From the human T2T-CHM13v2.0 reference genome, Homo sapiens: DNA of 64,000 nt. Made by a program: the position numbers and the translations under genes. Positions 1 to 15,875 of the stretch are shown here, in pieces; the stretch's first letter is position 1, and each line of letters begins with the position of its first letter. Where the stretch lies: assembly GCF_009914755.1 (NCBI RefSeq), contig NC_060926.1; one strand, written 5' to 3'. Under the pieces are notes generated by a model that did not search any database, was not told where the DNA came from, and worked only from the letters and a program-made list of their open reading frames with translations.

Positions 1-590
1 ATAACCATCACTGCTGTTTAATTCCAGAACACTTTCATTAAGCCTCCAAAGAAACTCTTTATCCATGAGCAGGCACTCCTCATTTCTTCGCTCTCCCCAG
101 GCCCTGGCAATCACTAACGTACTTTCTGTCACGATGGATTTGCCTATTCTAAACATTTCATGTAAATAGAAGCATACAGTATGTATTCTTTTCTGTTTGG
201 CTTCTTTTACTTAGCATAGTGTTTTCAAGATTTATCCATATTGTAGCATGCATCAGTACTTCACTTCTTTCTATGGCAGAATAATATTTTATTATATGGC
301 TACAACACATTTTGTTCATCCATTCATTAGCTGATGAACATTTGGGTTGTTTCCACTTTTTTGCTATTATGAATAATGCTGCTCTGAACATTTGTGTACA
401 GGTTTTTCTATGGACATATGTTTTCAACTCTCTTGGGTATATACCTAGGAGTAAAATTGTTGGGTCATATGGTAACTCTATGTTTAACTTTTTAACTGTT
501 CCAAAGTGGCTAACGTACTTTGCATCCCATCAGCAATGTATAAGAGCCCCAGTTTCTCTGCATCCTTGCCAACATTTGTTATTGTCCCAT
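1..590 (-). mobile_element. Old L1M (L1MB/ME-like) ORF2 3' end and 3'UTR fragment
   Basis: Minus-strand peptide KTYVHRKTCTQMFRAALFIIAKKWKQPKC is a degenerate L1 ORF2 C-terminus. Confidence 0.85.
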
Positions 591-753
591 ATATCTTTTT
601 ATACTAAGTTTTCCCCCCATTCTGAAAAAGAATTATCAGGGTTTCTGATGAAAACTACCCCAATGATGGCAGAATACGGTGCAAAGACCAAAGTCAACAA
701 AGAGACTTCTCCAGGAAAGCAACAAAAATGAAACAGCCCCTCTGAGCACTTAC

Positions 754-817
754 CTGCTGCAGGTCGGCAAGTGAATACAGGTGGATCTGTTGAAGGAGGT
801 ATTCTCTGGGGAAAATT
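754..817 (-). CDS. PLEKHM3: PLEKHM3 internal coding exon (64 bp)
   Basis: TTGTTTTCAG|AATTTTC...CAGCAG|GTAAGT. The first A completes the AG-A Arg codon from the previous exon, then [21 protein letters not shown] (YSLxDL motif of RH domains). Confidence 0.96.
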
Positions 818-1885
818 CTGAAAACAAGGGCAGATAGACAAGTGAACTGTGGTGCTGCCATAACACACATTTTTCTGATAAGTTTCAGTCTCATTCAAGA
901 ATTCCTTTCCTCTGCCCTGTCCACTTTCCACCTATACTTCTCCTAAGCCCTCTGAGGAACCTGTAATATCTTTTTCTCAGATATTTTTCTTCCCAACACA
1001 GACACCAGAATGGAGGTAAAAGTTTGATCTTTGACTTCTAATGTAATCTTAAGTGCTATAAGCACTGCGTGGTGGCCCAGGTCTGAGGACCAGAACATCA
1101 GTTTTCTTGTACCAGCTGTGTCCGTAATAAGCTGTGTGATCTCTGGCAAGTCCCCACATGCCCACCTGGCTTCAGCTTCTTCACAGCAGAATGAGGGTGG
1201 TTTAATGTGATGTCTCCAAATATCTTTCTAGCTGTATTTTTCTATATCTAAATATATTGATCTTGGATTTCAGAAAAACTGGAGTGGCCACTCGTGTCTA
1301 GAGGCTTCTACGGCTTTCATTAATGAGGAGGAGTGATACTGAATATCATATTAATGAACTATCCTCTCATATGTACAGTGATGGCAATTTTAGAACCTCT
1401 GTACAAATGAGAATAATGGGACAAGATATTTTAAATTAGGACTCTTCAACAAAGTCCAGTATCTTTAGCTGCTGTCCGTTCACAGCATCTGGATAGATGA
1501 CAATGAATGAACAGACAAAAATAATCCGTTATGGGTAAGCAAACAGGTTACCAAAGTGTAGATGACTGGAAAACAACACACACACAAACTAAACCCAAAA
1601 CAAAATCCATGATACTAACATTTTTCTCTTTGTCTTATTTGGTACTATGCAATTTTCTTGTGTCTTAAATGAAAGAAACCACCAATTTATCCAATTCACA
1701 TTTATGACTATTCATTATATGCCAAGCACTATGCCAGGCACTAGGAAGACAGCCCAAGTATGAGGCCAAGGAGCATAAAGTCAAGTGAGGGAAAGACACA
1801 TAAGCTGATAAATACAATACAATGTGGTAATTGAAAATGATAAAGAGTTATGCATGGGGTCCATATTTTTTGAGTAGTCTAACAT

Positions 1886-2040
1886 GGTGGATTCCAACCC
1901 TGGCTGTCTATTAGAATCACTTGGAGAGCTTTTAGAAAACCACAGGGTATATGCCTGGGTAGAGCCCATAAATCAGTATTAAAGAAAACAAAACAAAAAC
2001 TCTCTTGGTGATTAGCACAGCCAAGGTTTAGAACCACTGG
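1886..2040. mobile_element. MER5-like hAT-Charlie DNA transposon
   Basis: gtggattccaaccctggctg...tagaatcacttggagagcttt...aaggtttagaaccactg, with degenerate terminal inverted repeats. Confidence 0.65.
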
Positions 2041-2659
2041 CCTAATAATCTTGCTCACTGGGAAAATCATTATTCAGTCTTTCAATTAAGTATGCATTAG
2101 TTGCCAAATCCTAGATATTAAATCATTCATCCTTCCATCCATCCAATATTGATTAAGCACACATTGCATATCAGACACTATTAGACTACTGAAAATGGAG
2201 CACTGAATCAATTAAATGAAGTCCTGACCAGATGGAGGACTGGAGTAGGTGTATTCTAGTAAGGACCTCTCCCGGAAAGTAGGAAAGTCGCTGAAGAATT
2301 CTGCTGGAAAGCACTGTTTCACCCACAGGAATGAGATGAGTGACAAGGGCATTATATTCTGGGAAACTGAATGCAGTTCCTACAGCTGGGCTCCCTTCAA
2401 CTCTAATGGTTCAGGGCTGCACTTGCGACAGGAAGCAGAGCACAGGTCCAGCACAGCTGGGCAGGGCATAGGAAAAGTACTCAATTCCTCCATGTAGGAT
2501 TAGCTTCTCTACAGGAAGGCCCCTGTCGTGGAAGGTAGACCATGGTCCCTGGAGGGACCATGAGATGTAATCAACCTCCATTTTCAATAACACAAGCACA
2601 TGACACAAATGATCAAGGGACCTCTTCCTCAAGGCAGCCTACAGGAGGTCACTGAGCTT

Positions 2660-2832
2660 GGCACTGGAGATACATCATTTTATCTAATCCTCACAATAGC
2701 CCTGGATGGTAAACACAAACTTCATTTTACATAAGAGGAAACTGAGGCACAGAGGCAAAGACCAATTTGCCCAAGGTCACAGAGCTGAGTTTCAAGGCCA
2801 GGACTTTCTGACTCCAAAGGCCTATGCTCCTT
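2660..2832 (-). mobile_element. MIR SINE
   Basis: Core cattttac-a-gaggaaactgaggcacagag...ttgcccaaggtcacag. Confidence 0.8.
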
Positions 2833-5339
2833 CTAATTTCTTGGGGCTGGGGGTAGGGAAAGGAGGGAGGTAGGTTTGAGCTGATCATCTAATTTAGTAA
2901 TATCATGCATGTCTCTTCTGGATGGATGTTTATTACTGTAGTTTAGGCCGGTAGCAGTATAGAGCCACTGATGCTTTTTGAAGCAGGAACGCCACACTGA
3001 TGTGCCTCTGAAGGCAGCAGGGAGGGTGGAGAGACTACAGACAGGTGACAAGGCATGTGAGAGTCTGTTCTAGGGCAGACAAGCGGACAGTGAAAGGAAT
3101 GAGTGGGTAGATACCAGAGACTTTTTGGAAGAATTGAGAACATTGGGAATAAGTGAAAAAGGAGAAGGGACTCTAAGATGACCCTGAAGTATAGAGCCTG
3201 GGGATGAGAATGGTGATGCCATTGGCCAACTGAGGGCAGGCTTCCAGGGGAGGGAATAAAAAATTGAGCTTCCTATGTGCTGAATATCCAGTGCCTGTGT
3301 GGGGAACAGCAAGCATGGACCTGGGCCTGAGATGTAGAAGACCCAGGGCACTTCTGATGGGAGCACAGAGCAGACAGCTGAAGCCATGGGAATGGAGGGA
3401 ATGGAGTGAGGAAAAACCTGAATGGGAAGGGGGCTGAACCCAGATGAGGGTTGTTTGTTTTTACTTTGTTTACCTACAATCTAGAACTATCTAAAAGTGT
3501 ACTTTGGTAGTCTGCAATTTTCTCATTATATTTTGAAAACTATGTTTTTGAAAATAACCAGAATGTTCACATGTACTTCCACAGTTCCTAACATTTCTCT
3601 GTATTTGTAAAATGTCCTTACCTTCATACCCTTTATCCAGCTTCCCCTAATGCTTACATCTTACATAACCATGGCATATTGATCAAAAATAAGAAATCGA
3701 CATTATGCAAATTATAGACTTTATTCAGGTTTCACCAGTGGTTTCACTAATGTCCTTTTGCTGTTCCAAGATCCAAGGGCCCAAACTTATCTGCAGGAAA
3801 GGAAAACTAGGGCAGTCTTTCAGTGGGACTTAAAGGGAGCAGTGTATGATAATATGAGAGACAGAGGATGTTTAGGGGTGACTAAACTGAAGGAATAATC
3901 TTACTGAAAGGTAAATGCTTAATAATGAAATCCCTTAAATAAAGTAAAATGAAAGCAATGTGGCAGCAGTGCTAAGAAATGGAGTCCAGTAAGCGGGCTG
4001 CAAAATCATTTCAAGACTAGCTCCTGCCTCTTCTGCTGGTTTGTAGAAACATAGGTCAGCTGGAGAAAGAGTTAAAAGGAAGATGAAATGATTTACGGCA
4101 GGGACAAATGCAGGAGAGCATATCTGTAATGTTTTGCTACTTAAAAGTCCTTTCTGCTTTAAAATTCTAAAACTTTTATGATTAGGGATATACAGGATAT
4201 CAGACTTATTTACAAATTTACAAACCAAATCACACTGGCATACTCTTCCTGGAGTACTATAACCAGTCAGTTATCACATAGTCAACAAGCACTTACTGAG
4301 TGTCTAAAATAAGGCATCGTGCTACGTGCTGGAGATAGATACTTCAATGAATACAACTGATGAGCAACAAAGAGAATTTCCAATTTCTCCTTACTAGGCA
4401 GGGTCCTTCTTGCTTCCAAACACTATTCATTATTCTTCTCACAAAAATTAACCAACTTTGGTCACAATCATCTCTAATATTCCTTCAACATTATTTGTAC
4501 AGCACAGCTAAAGTGGCTATGTATTTATTTAATGTTTCTATGTGTATATATATTTCACATATGTTTATTTTCTCTCTCCTTTTATATGAGATTCTAAGCC
4601 CCTCCAGAAGCACTTCCTCTACTGTCTTCTCCATCACACTTCAGTGTCTAATACTATAATTTACATGAGGTCAGTCATAACAGACACAAAGAACTGGAAA
4701 ATGCAATATATGCGGGAAAGATGAAGGAACCCAGCTTATTGTGTCTGGAGAACTGGAGAAGATGTTGTGTCCAAGAGATTTAGTGGTGGCCATTACAAAT
4801 AAAGACTTTTAAGAGAGATAATGCCAATCACCTTTTTTTCTCCCTGGAGGATGGGAGTTGTAGTATGAAAGCACTGAAGTCAAATATGGGAATAAATTTC
4901 CTGAGAGGGAAGACTGGTAGGTATTAAAATGTATCTCTTATAGTAATGCTTTTTAATGTAAATAAAATAAGAAAAAGATTTTTTTGCAGCTATTTAGAAA
5001 TAGGGACTCACTCTTCTGCTTAGAGGTAAGGGTTTCCAAGGCAGGGCCAGATAACTTACGCACACTGCCATTTATTCCTCTTTCCCCTAAGGCAGACTGA
5101 ATTTGCAAGACATTCTCTAAATATTTTCTTTAGGAAGACCAAACACAGGGAAACTCAGGGTAAATATGGACCTAAAAGCCAAGCTCAGGAAAGTGTGGGC
5201 CCCGGCAGCTTCCCATCTGGGTGATTCCAAGGGCTTTCCTCTGCTGTGGCTGAGGTCCTACAAGTGGGCCTGACAGGAGTCCTTTAGGAAATGAATGGGA
5301 AAAGTAAAGATTCCCAGGAGCCAGTTTGCCTTAAACTCT

Positions 5340-5900
5340 GATTAGTACAAAGGGGTCTGAAAAACAGGACTAAGGAAGAGGAGTTGTCTTGGTGGGGGAA
5401 AGGGTAGCTCAGATGTTGGGGCAGACGGTTGGAACTGTCTTTGGAATGCTCAAGTGGAGTCACCTGTGAGTCCAAGTGGGCGATTTGTGGGCCCCCAGCT
5501 TACAGGTTTTAGATGAAGCCATGAGAAAAAGTGATAGTCCAGGGGGGCACATGCTGGGAAATGAGAAAAGATTGCTTCCTGGTGAAACAGTACTATTAAT
5601 ATTTAGGAGTAGATAAACAGAAAGAGGACTGGGAAGGAGTAGGTTGACAGGGAGGAGAAAAAGCAGAAGAGCCAGCACCAGGGAAGCCAAGGAAGGAGAG
5701 AATTTCATGAAGGAAGAAGGTGGTCAATGGCATCAAAGGTAGTGGAGAGGTCAAATAACGTAAGGAAGACTCTCATGAGGCCTGGAAAGTGCCTGCTGGC
5801 AAACAGGAATCCATCAGTGACCTCAGACTGGGTGGTTTCAGGGGAGGAGGAGGAAAGACTGGAGAGGGGTGAGGATTGTGGGTTACTCTTTTACGAAGTC
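5340..5900 (-). mobile_element. L2 LINE fragment
   Basis: Degenerate purine-rich L2 sequence (gggaagccaaggaaggagagaatttca...gtggtcaatggcatcaaag...gagaggtcaaataa). Boundaries approximate. Confidence 0.55.
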
Positions 5901-6136
5901 AACTTTAAAGAAAAGGAGGGAAATTGGGCCACAGCTAAAGAAGGATGTAGGACTAAGAAAGGATTTTTTTTTTTCTAAAAACATAAGAGAAACTTGGGCA
6001 TACTTAAATGCTAACATTAAGAAGCTACTATAGAAACAAAAGCTGAAGACACAAAAGTAGAGATAACTGATGAAGCCTGGCCTTCAAAAGGCCTAAAGGA
6101 AATGGGATGTGGACCCAGCTGGAAGCTCTTTCAAAT

Positions 6137-6242
6137 ACACACATTTGCACATGTGTATGTGCGTGCATGAAAACACACACACACACACTCCCCTGACCGC
6201 GCGTGTGCGTGCGCACACGCGCACACACACACCCCACACACA
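6137..6242. repeat. Compound (CA)/(CG)/(TG) alternating purine-pyrimidine tract
   Basis: Seen directly in the sequence. Confidence 0.8.
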
Positions 6243-6312
6243 GTATTTTCCTAATTGAAACAGTTCAAGTTTTTACTAAAGTGTTATATAAAAAAGATTA
6301 ATAATTACTCAA

Positions 6313-6951
<639 letters not shown>

Positions 6952-8697
6952 TTATTAAATTTAACCCCTAAACTTCATTATATTAAGAACCAAAAGCCAC
7001 AAACTAACTGAAGGTTATCTGGCTTAGCAGTCCTTTGGTAAACAGGATCCTTGTTGCAGAAGAGGCTGCTGTGTTTAGGGCCTTCTGTGCATTAACTGAC
7101 GTCACTGTATTGCAGGGGCTATTAATCATCATGTCTGGCAGCATTTCTGCAGTGGGCAGCCCTGCTTATGCCAATGCAAGCCCTGACACCAGAGCCAAAG
7201 AATAAATGAGATAAGAAGAGTCAACTCCACACTTCACTCGCCCATCAAAGGAAACGATATCACTAGCAGGTAGCACTACCGAGTTTCCTGGTAGCAAAGA
7301 ACATTGAAGAAACGTGCTAGAAGATCATGAAAACCAACTAGCACAATCGCTTCTAGTGCTAACATTTTCTATTTTATCATCTTTAGAATTGCCTGACACA
7401 CTGGGAAGGTAACTTAGGCTTCATTTATAGATTGCTCTAATGAGAAAGGTGAGAAAAGATGAAAATTAAAAAGGAAAAAGGTCATATATGATTCAGAGCC
7501 CTTATATTATGTAGCTGGTACTTGGGGTTAAAAATGCAGAGATAATTGCCTATGAAATCAAAGGCAGTAGTCTTAACAAAAAGGTAGAAGGGCCTCATTC
7601 CATTTTGTTCCATGACATTAGGTCAAATAAATCAAGACTTATTTAACTTGACTAATTCCTGAGAAGTTCAACTCAGCTCCCACCAAGCCCCAGTGCTCAC
7701 GAGAAAAAAGGGATTGGGGTCAGGCTCTAAAGTAGGCAGACCCTTTGCAAGGTTCTGATAGATTTGATAATATTACCATTTTCCTGAAGCTCAGTTCTTA
7801 GAGATGCACAACCGGCATTTAAAGACTCAATGATTAAAATGAGGGAAAAACTTGCAATGGAAATATCTCATCTTAGGCTTTAAAGAAAAGACCCACAACA
7901 TACACACATGTAAAATTAAAATGATAGCACAACACCAAAAGCAAACTCCACAATTTGATTCTAAATGATAAGGGTCTAAATAAAGAATACGGATAAAGAT
8001 GCATAAGGAATAATTTTGAAAGGAAAACCATTTATTCACGTAGTTTTACTGTCTTCCAAGAATATGTGCTCCAGGGTAGGTAATTTATATTAAGTTGAGA
8101 TGGCCAGTGTCTTTCCTTTGGAGAGCACATATACCCACACTGAAATCAGCAAAAAGCACTATGAAGCATCCCCAGGGAGATGCAATTTGATGTTCTTGAT
8201 ATGAGCTGCAAACTCTTCCTGAAATAGTTACATTAGGCTGGACGTGGACAGGATTCGTATGTCCAGCCATACTCTGAGCTAATGGAAAAACAATTTTAAA
8301 TCAAAGGCACATATTTCGATAGCAGCCCATGTGGAAGAAACAAGCTTCAATCACTTCTCTAGGTACCTCATTTTGCAAATCTCATTGGCTGAAAAAATGG
8401 CAAGATTGCATCAGATATTATATCTTGGCAGGTAGTTACAGGAAATAAGGGTCCTTTTACCTGCTTATTCAGAAATTGTACTTAAGTTTCTTAGCCACAA
8501 TCTAAAGCCTCAAGTAGAAATATCTGGGATGTAATTTTAATTGTGAGTATTGTGGCATCTGATTATAAAAATGATAGATTATATCATAGCTGTTATATAC
8601 CTAGCTCAAATTCTTAAGGTGTTTAACAGTCGCAAGAATATAACACTTCCCCCGCAATGAGTTTTATTTTTGTTTTCTCTTAGAAAATGATTTTAGA

Positions 8698-9003
8698 GGC
8701 CGGGCACGGTGGCTCACATCTGTAATCCCAGCACTTTGGGAGGCCGAGGTAGATAGATCACCTGAGGTCAGGAGTTCGAGACCACTCTGGCCAACATGGT
8801 TGAAACTCCATCTCTTCTAAAAATACAAAAGAAAAAAATTAGCTGGGTATGGTGGCTCACACCTGTAATCCCAGCTGCTAGGAATGCTGAAACAGGAAAA
8901 TCACTTGAACCCAGGAGGCGGAGGTTGCAGTGAGCCAAGACTGCACCACTGCACTCCAGCCCAGGTGACAGAGTGAGACTTCATCTCAAAAAAAGAAAAA
9001 AAA
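8698..9003 (+). mobile_element. AluSx-like
   Basis: Full dimer. TSD agaaaatgattttaga at 8682-8697 and 9004-9019. Confidence 0.93.
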
Positions 9004-9800
9004 AGAAAATGATTTTAGAGAATTTATATATTTCATTTCATCTCAGAATAAGAGAAAACATCCTGGCTTTTTGAAAGATCTCTGAGTAAATAAAGAGCTA
9101 TGTATGTATGTAGTTTAGTAAAATTAATATATAACTTCCCAGAATTCCTTTTGAAACTTTTCAAATCTGTTTAGTCATGAATGACACTGCAGACAGTCTG
9201 TAGCACCCTTTTACAGTGCTGATATTGGTATATACATAATTTGCTGAATTAGATCTCTGGAGAAAAAGAAGGGAGAGGGAAGAGCTATTAGGATATCAGG
9301 AAGATAGATGACTCAAAAACCACACTTTTAGAAGTCATCTAATGGAAAAGAATTCTTGAAGTAGAATGAGGAGAATGGTTGCTATCAAAACTACCAAAAT
9401 GACATCCTTTATTTCTGAGTCCTGATAGATTCTGCAGCTAATCTGTTAAGGCTAAAGCCCCAGCTGCAGCTGATGAAATTTTTAATTAGCTAACTGGAAA
9501 AGTAGCCACAAAATTCGGGTAACCTTAAATATTACAGAGAACATAAAGAGTTGTTTTCACTTAGTGAGCTTAAAGAAGTGTTATCCACAAGTTTGAAGAG
9601 CTAATACTTACTGGTCTTTAATGAGACTAATTTAGTGCTAATATTTTTGCTAAAATAGACTTATTCTTCTAAAATTCAGTATTAACCAGACCTTGCACAC
9701 TTCAGTCTCAGATTTTGGTTGTAAGATATTCCTCATATGCAGTTCAGAGACATTGCAACTCCAGTCTGTGTAGATTGTGCTTTAAGAGTTAGGCTGCCCT

Positions 9801-10090
9801 GGCCAGGCAGGGTGGCTCACGCTTGTAATCCCAGCACTTTGGGAGGCTGAGGTAGAGGATCCCTTAAACCCAGGAGTTTGAGAGGAGCCCTAGCAACATA
9901 GTGAGACTCTGTCTCTACAAAAACAAAAAATAAAAAAATTAAGTGGGCATGATGGCATGCAGCTGTAGTCCCAGCTACTCAGGAGGCTGAAGTAGGATTG
10001 TTTGAGCTTGGGAGGTCGAGGCTGCAGTGAGCTGTGGTCATGTCATGGCACTGAGCAACAGTGATACCTTGTCTCAAAAAGAAAAAAAAA
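9801..10090 (+). mobile_element. AluJ
   Basis: Diverged Alu dimer with A tail. Confidence 0.9.
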
Positions 10091-10480
10091 TTCTGCCCTA
10101 AGAGACATGTTCTTAATAAACTGCCCTCCTAGAGCAAGTGTATTTGATTTACAATAGCATGCAATCTTTTCTCTCTGTATTAGATAATCCTTCTACCTAA
10201 TATACTTGATTTTTTAGGGGGTGAGGGGAGAAGAGGGAGTGTTGATATGAAGTGATTCTACCAGCTCATTTAGTATTAGATTGCTCATGCAATCTTTTGA
10301 GTACACTGAATAATAATCCCCATTTACTTCTTCCAAGATCAATAACATGTAGGTATGCCCACACATTAAAACACCATTTTCACTCATTTCATTATGTTTA
10401 GACAAATATTTACCAGCATAAAAAAGATGTTCACAATATACTAAGTGAAATGGTTAAGGATAATATAAAACCACTTTCAG

Positions 10481-10812
10481 TGCCGGGCGTGGTGGCTCAC
10501 ACCTGTAATCCCAGCACTTTGGGAGGCTGAGGTGGGTGGATCACGAGGTCAGGAGATCAAGACCTTCCTGGCTAACACGGTGAAACCCCGTCTCTACTAA
10601 AAATACAAAAAATTAGCTGGACGTGGTGGTGGGCGCCTGTAGTCCCAGTTACTCAGGAGGCTGAGGCAGGAGAATGGCATGAACCTGGGAGGCGGAGCTT
10701 GCAGTGAGCCGAGATTGCGCCACTGTGCTGCAGCCTGGGTGGCAAAGCAAGACTCTGTCTCAACAAACAAACAAACAAACAAAAAACAAACAAACAAACA
10801 AACAAACAAAAA
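10481..10812 (+). mobile_element. AluY-like with (AAAC)n tail
   Basis: ggatcacgaggtcaggagatc, ggctaacacggtg, gaatggcatgaacc. TSD approximately aaaaccact(t/c)tca. Confidence 0.9.
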
Positions 10813-10971
10813 ACCACTCTCATGGGGAAAGATCATCTGCAGAGGAAAAGGTCTGGGAGGATATGCATCAAAGTGGTAGGATATGGGTGGCTTTCTTATT
10901 TTTGTTTTCTATGATGAACAGTATTCTTTTGTAATAAGAGAAAAAATAAGTTTGGCCAAATTGGGCAGAAT

Positions 10972-12000
10972 CTTCATTCATTTAATTAATTTATTCAACA
11001 AGTATTTATTAGCCCCCACTATATGTATAGCTCTAAGCAGTGAATATAACAGATAAAAAGTCATGACATTTTGTAGCTTACATCTAGCAGAAAGGGCAGC
11101 GCCAGTGCATGTGGCTGCATAGGTTGAACAAAGCAAAACGTCTACATTCACACCTGATGGCCTAAGAGATGGAAACAGACAAAATAAAATACCATGTTTA
11201 ATGGTAATAAGTAAGCAGAGAAAGAAGACAGGAGGCGTGTGTGGTGGGCAGTGGGGTACAAACAGACACTGTGTTGCCATTTAAAACACAGTGGTAAAGG
11301 ATGCTTCATTAAGTGATGGCTGCTCAAAGACCTAATGGAGTTACGAAGCAAGCTTGGTTTCACACTGAGAAACAAAACGATAAAAAAAAGAAAAAAAGAG
11401 AAAAAAGGAAGCAATCTCAGCAGTTACAGAGGGAAAGGAAAAGCAAGTATAGAAACTAAGGTAGCAGCCAGCTTGGTATGACCAAGGACCAACAAAAAGG
11501 CCAGTGTGACTGGAACAGAGTGAATGAGGGGGAAAGTAGTGGGCGATGAGGCAGAGAGGTAATGGGAGATGAGACCACGTATGCCCTGGGCTTTTACTTG
11601 GAGCGAGAGGTGAAACTATCCGTTTGGGCCAGGAGTGACATCATCTAATTTATACATTAGCTATAGTCTTAAGAACAGACTGAAGGGGGATAAGGGTGGT
11701 GCAGGAGACCAGTTACTGGAATAATCCAGGCGAAAGGTGATGGTGGACCCAACCTCCAGCAGTGAAAGTGGTGAAAAGTGGATAGATTTTGAAGCTGAAG
11801 CTGACAGGTTTGCCGACTGGATGTAGAATATGAGAGAAAGGTGTTTGGCTTGCATCACTGTATGGACAGAGATGCCATGAAGCAAGATGGGAAATACTGT
11901 AGGAGGAGTGGTTTGCAATGTGAGTGGGCGTGGGTGGGAATACTAGGAGCTAAGTTTTGGACATATTAAGGTTAAGACGTTATTAGACAGCCAAAGAACA
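10972..12000 (-). mobile_element. L2 LINE 3' fragment
   Basis: Begins with the reverse of the L2 tail (ttcattcatt...attcaacaagtatttatt) and continues as typical L2 sequence. Confidence 0.75.
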
Positions 12001-13241
12001 TTTCAACCTTTGGACTCAGCCTCAGCTACAGTGAACTCACTAGAAAGATAGTTATTTTCTGGCATAACAAGGGAAGGAGGGGGAAGGCAGTCTTGTTAAA
12101 TCAAGTGACATTGATGGGGACTGGTCTAAGAGCAGAGTAAGCTGCTAAATTTTGCTTGAAGGAAGGGGAAGCAATGAGAGTCTGTCAGGACAGACACACA
12201 CACACACGCACACACACATTTTTTTCTGGTATTCACCAGGACAGTTTTAATAAAAGTGGCAATCTTTATAATAGAAATTTCTCACCATTCGGTAAAACTG
12301 ATATTTCAGTGGGAACTCCTGCTGGATATAATCATAATTTGAAATAAAATGTGACACCAAAGATAGGAAGAGATGGCTTAGAAGGTAGAAGAATCACTTT
12401 GGGTATTCTCTTGAGCCTCTCAAGCCAAGCCATTAAATTGCTTCGGAATGGTCTAAGTCAAGGACTAAACCTGACAAACATGTAGGAGCAAATGCTCCCT
12501 GAGAACACAATTCTGTTCTAAGCAACCAGGGAAAGAGGCCTAATATTGCCTACTGCCCTTGACTAGTGCTGGAGAGAGACGAGTTTTACATTTATACCGT
12601 AATGGGCTATGGATTTGCCAGGCACCCCAAGCCCCCAAATCACATTTTTGATGATTGAGAATGGGAAATACTGAAGCATCCACAGAAATTTCCCAGGAGT
12701 GGATTTCACTTCAGCACTCAGAAGAGAAAATATGACTTGAACTGGGATTTCTGAAAAGCTAGTCCAAACAGCTGGTGTCAGTCTGCTGATGTTTTTAGCA
12801 GTCCAAAGTAAAATGAGAGAAAAAAAAATGTAGAATGATTTCTAAATCTACTTGATTTTAAAAAGCTGTTTGATTTCTAAAGCAGTTTGCCTATTTTTTT
12901 TTTTTTTTTAGTATTACTATGTTCTTACGTGAAATGATGGTGAGAAATAGAGGGTAATGTTTTTATTTCTGTTTTGGCTAAAGATATTTACAAGGCAACC
13001 CTATAGTTAACTTCGTATTTTTGTTTTAAGTTTACAGGTCTGGGACATAGGAGGGTCTGGCAAATGCTGACCTGGAGTAAATGCATTTGCTAGCACTAAC
13101 CCAATTGTCATGCCTGGTTCTCCACGGCTGATCAAGCTTGCCAACGAGCACAGGAGTGCCCGTCTCAGCAATCCGCCTCCCTGTTCAAGGGACACCACTG
13201 TCTGCCACCTCCCTGCCTTCCTTTACACTCTCAGAGTGTAG

Positions 13242-13586
<345 letters not shown>

Positions 13587-13589
13587 TCT

Positions 13590-14480
13590 CTTCTTTTAAA
13601 AAAATTATTATTAAATATTTTTAATGGACATATAATGATATGTATTGATAGAGTACAATGTACTAGTTCAGTACATTATACAATGTATAATAATCAAATC
13701 AGGGTAATTAGCACATCTATCATCTCAAACATTTATCATTTCTTTATGGTGGGAACATTCAAAATGCACTTTTCTAGCTATCTGAAAATATACAACAAAT
13801 TATTATTAACTATATTCACCCTACAGTGCTATAGAATGCCAGAACCTATTTCTCTAACTGTAATTTGTATTTGTTAACCCAACCTCTCCCTAACCCTCTC
13901 ATCCCTCTACCCTTCCCCACCTCTAGTGACCATTGTTCTACTCTCTACTTCTATGTGATCCACTTTTTCAGTTCCTGCATATGAATGAGAACATGGAGTA
14001 TTTGTCTCTCTGTGCTTGGCTTATTCACTTAACATAACATTGTATAGGCTCATCCATATTGCTGTGAATGACAGGATTTCACTCTTTTTTATGGCTGAAT
14101 GGTACTTCATTGTGTATATTTACCACATTTTCTTTGTCCATTTGATGGACACTTCCACAGTGACTAGTGGGATCTCCATAAATAAGGGGAGCAGATATCC
14201 ATTTGACATAATGATTTCCTTTCTTTTGGCTATACACCCAGTAGTAGGATTGCTGGATCATATGGTAGCTCTATTTTTAGTTTTTTGAGGAAGCTCCATG
14301 CTCTTTTCCATAGAGTCTGTACTAATTTACATTCCCACCAACAGTTTATAAGAGTTCTCTTTTCTCCACATCCTTGCTGGTGGTTGTTATTTTCTATCTT
14401 TTTGATAATAGCCATTCTAACTGGGGTGAGATGATATCTCCTTGTGGTTTTGATTTGCATTTCCCTGATGTTTAGTGATG
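13590..14480 (-). mobile_element. L1MA-like 3' end
   Basis: Peptide [21 protein letters not shown]...WWECKLVQ is L1 ORF2 C-terminus, followed by L1MA 3'UTR. Confidence 0.88.
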
Positions 14481-14754
14481 CTTTCTCTTCTTTCTAAATA
14501 CCATCTGCCCTACCTATCTAAAAGGGCTGCTGTAAAGAACAAATAATATATTTAAGGGGAAGTACTTTGTGACTAATGAAATCATAATTATCTTTATATA
14601 CAGTAAACTATTCTACACATAATTACTATTATTAACAAGCTTTTATTGCACCACTAGCATGTGTGGTCTTCTATTTTAGGTTTTGAGGACAATCATGGCC
14701 TTTAAGGGCCTTCTGATCTAGCCAGCAAGAGAGGATATATACATAAGGAGATGA

Positions 14755-15137
<383 letters not shown>

Positions 15138-15566
15138 TCAGCTACTGAGGACAGGTGGGAAGAGGCAGCACTTGAGTTGGCTTTAAAGTAAGAGAAGCCA
15201 AGTCAAGTCGAGTCAAGAGGACTGGGAGGCAGCTGGTGTCAAGGAAATGAGTATGTCATTTTGGCTGGGCTGGGGTGGCTGTGGTCCATCAGGAACACAG
15301 TGGAAGATTCTGGCTCGTGGTGTGGTCCACACAGGAACCATGTGGAAGTTAAAGTTGTGCATGTAGGTCAGGGTCAGATGACAGAGAACCTTGAAAACCC
15401 ATCCAAGGGTGTTGCGTTATCCTGTAGGTAGCCGAACTACTCACTGTCTAATAAGACCATTTTACAGTAGTACATATGTTAGAGGGACTGAGGAGGGGTG
15501 CCATGGGGAGGTAGGATCCCCAGCTAGAAAAGTATTAAAATGAAAAAAAAGAAAATTATTAAAATA

Positions 15567-15875
<309 letters not shown>

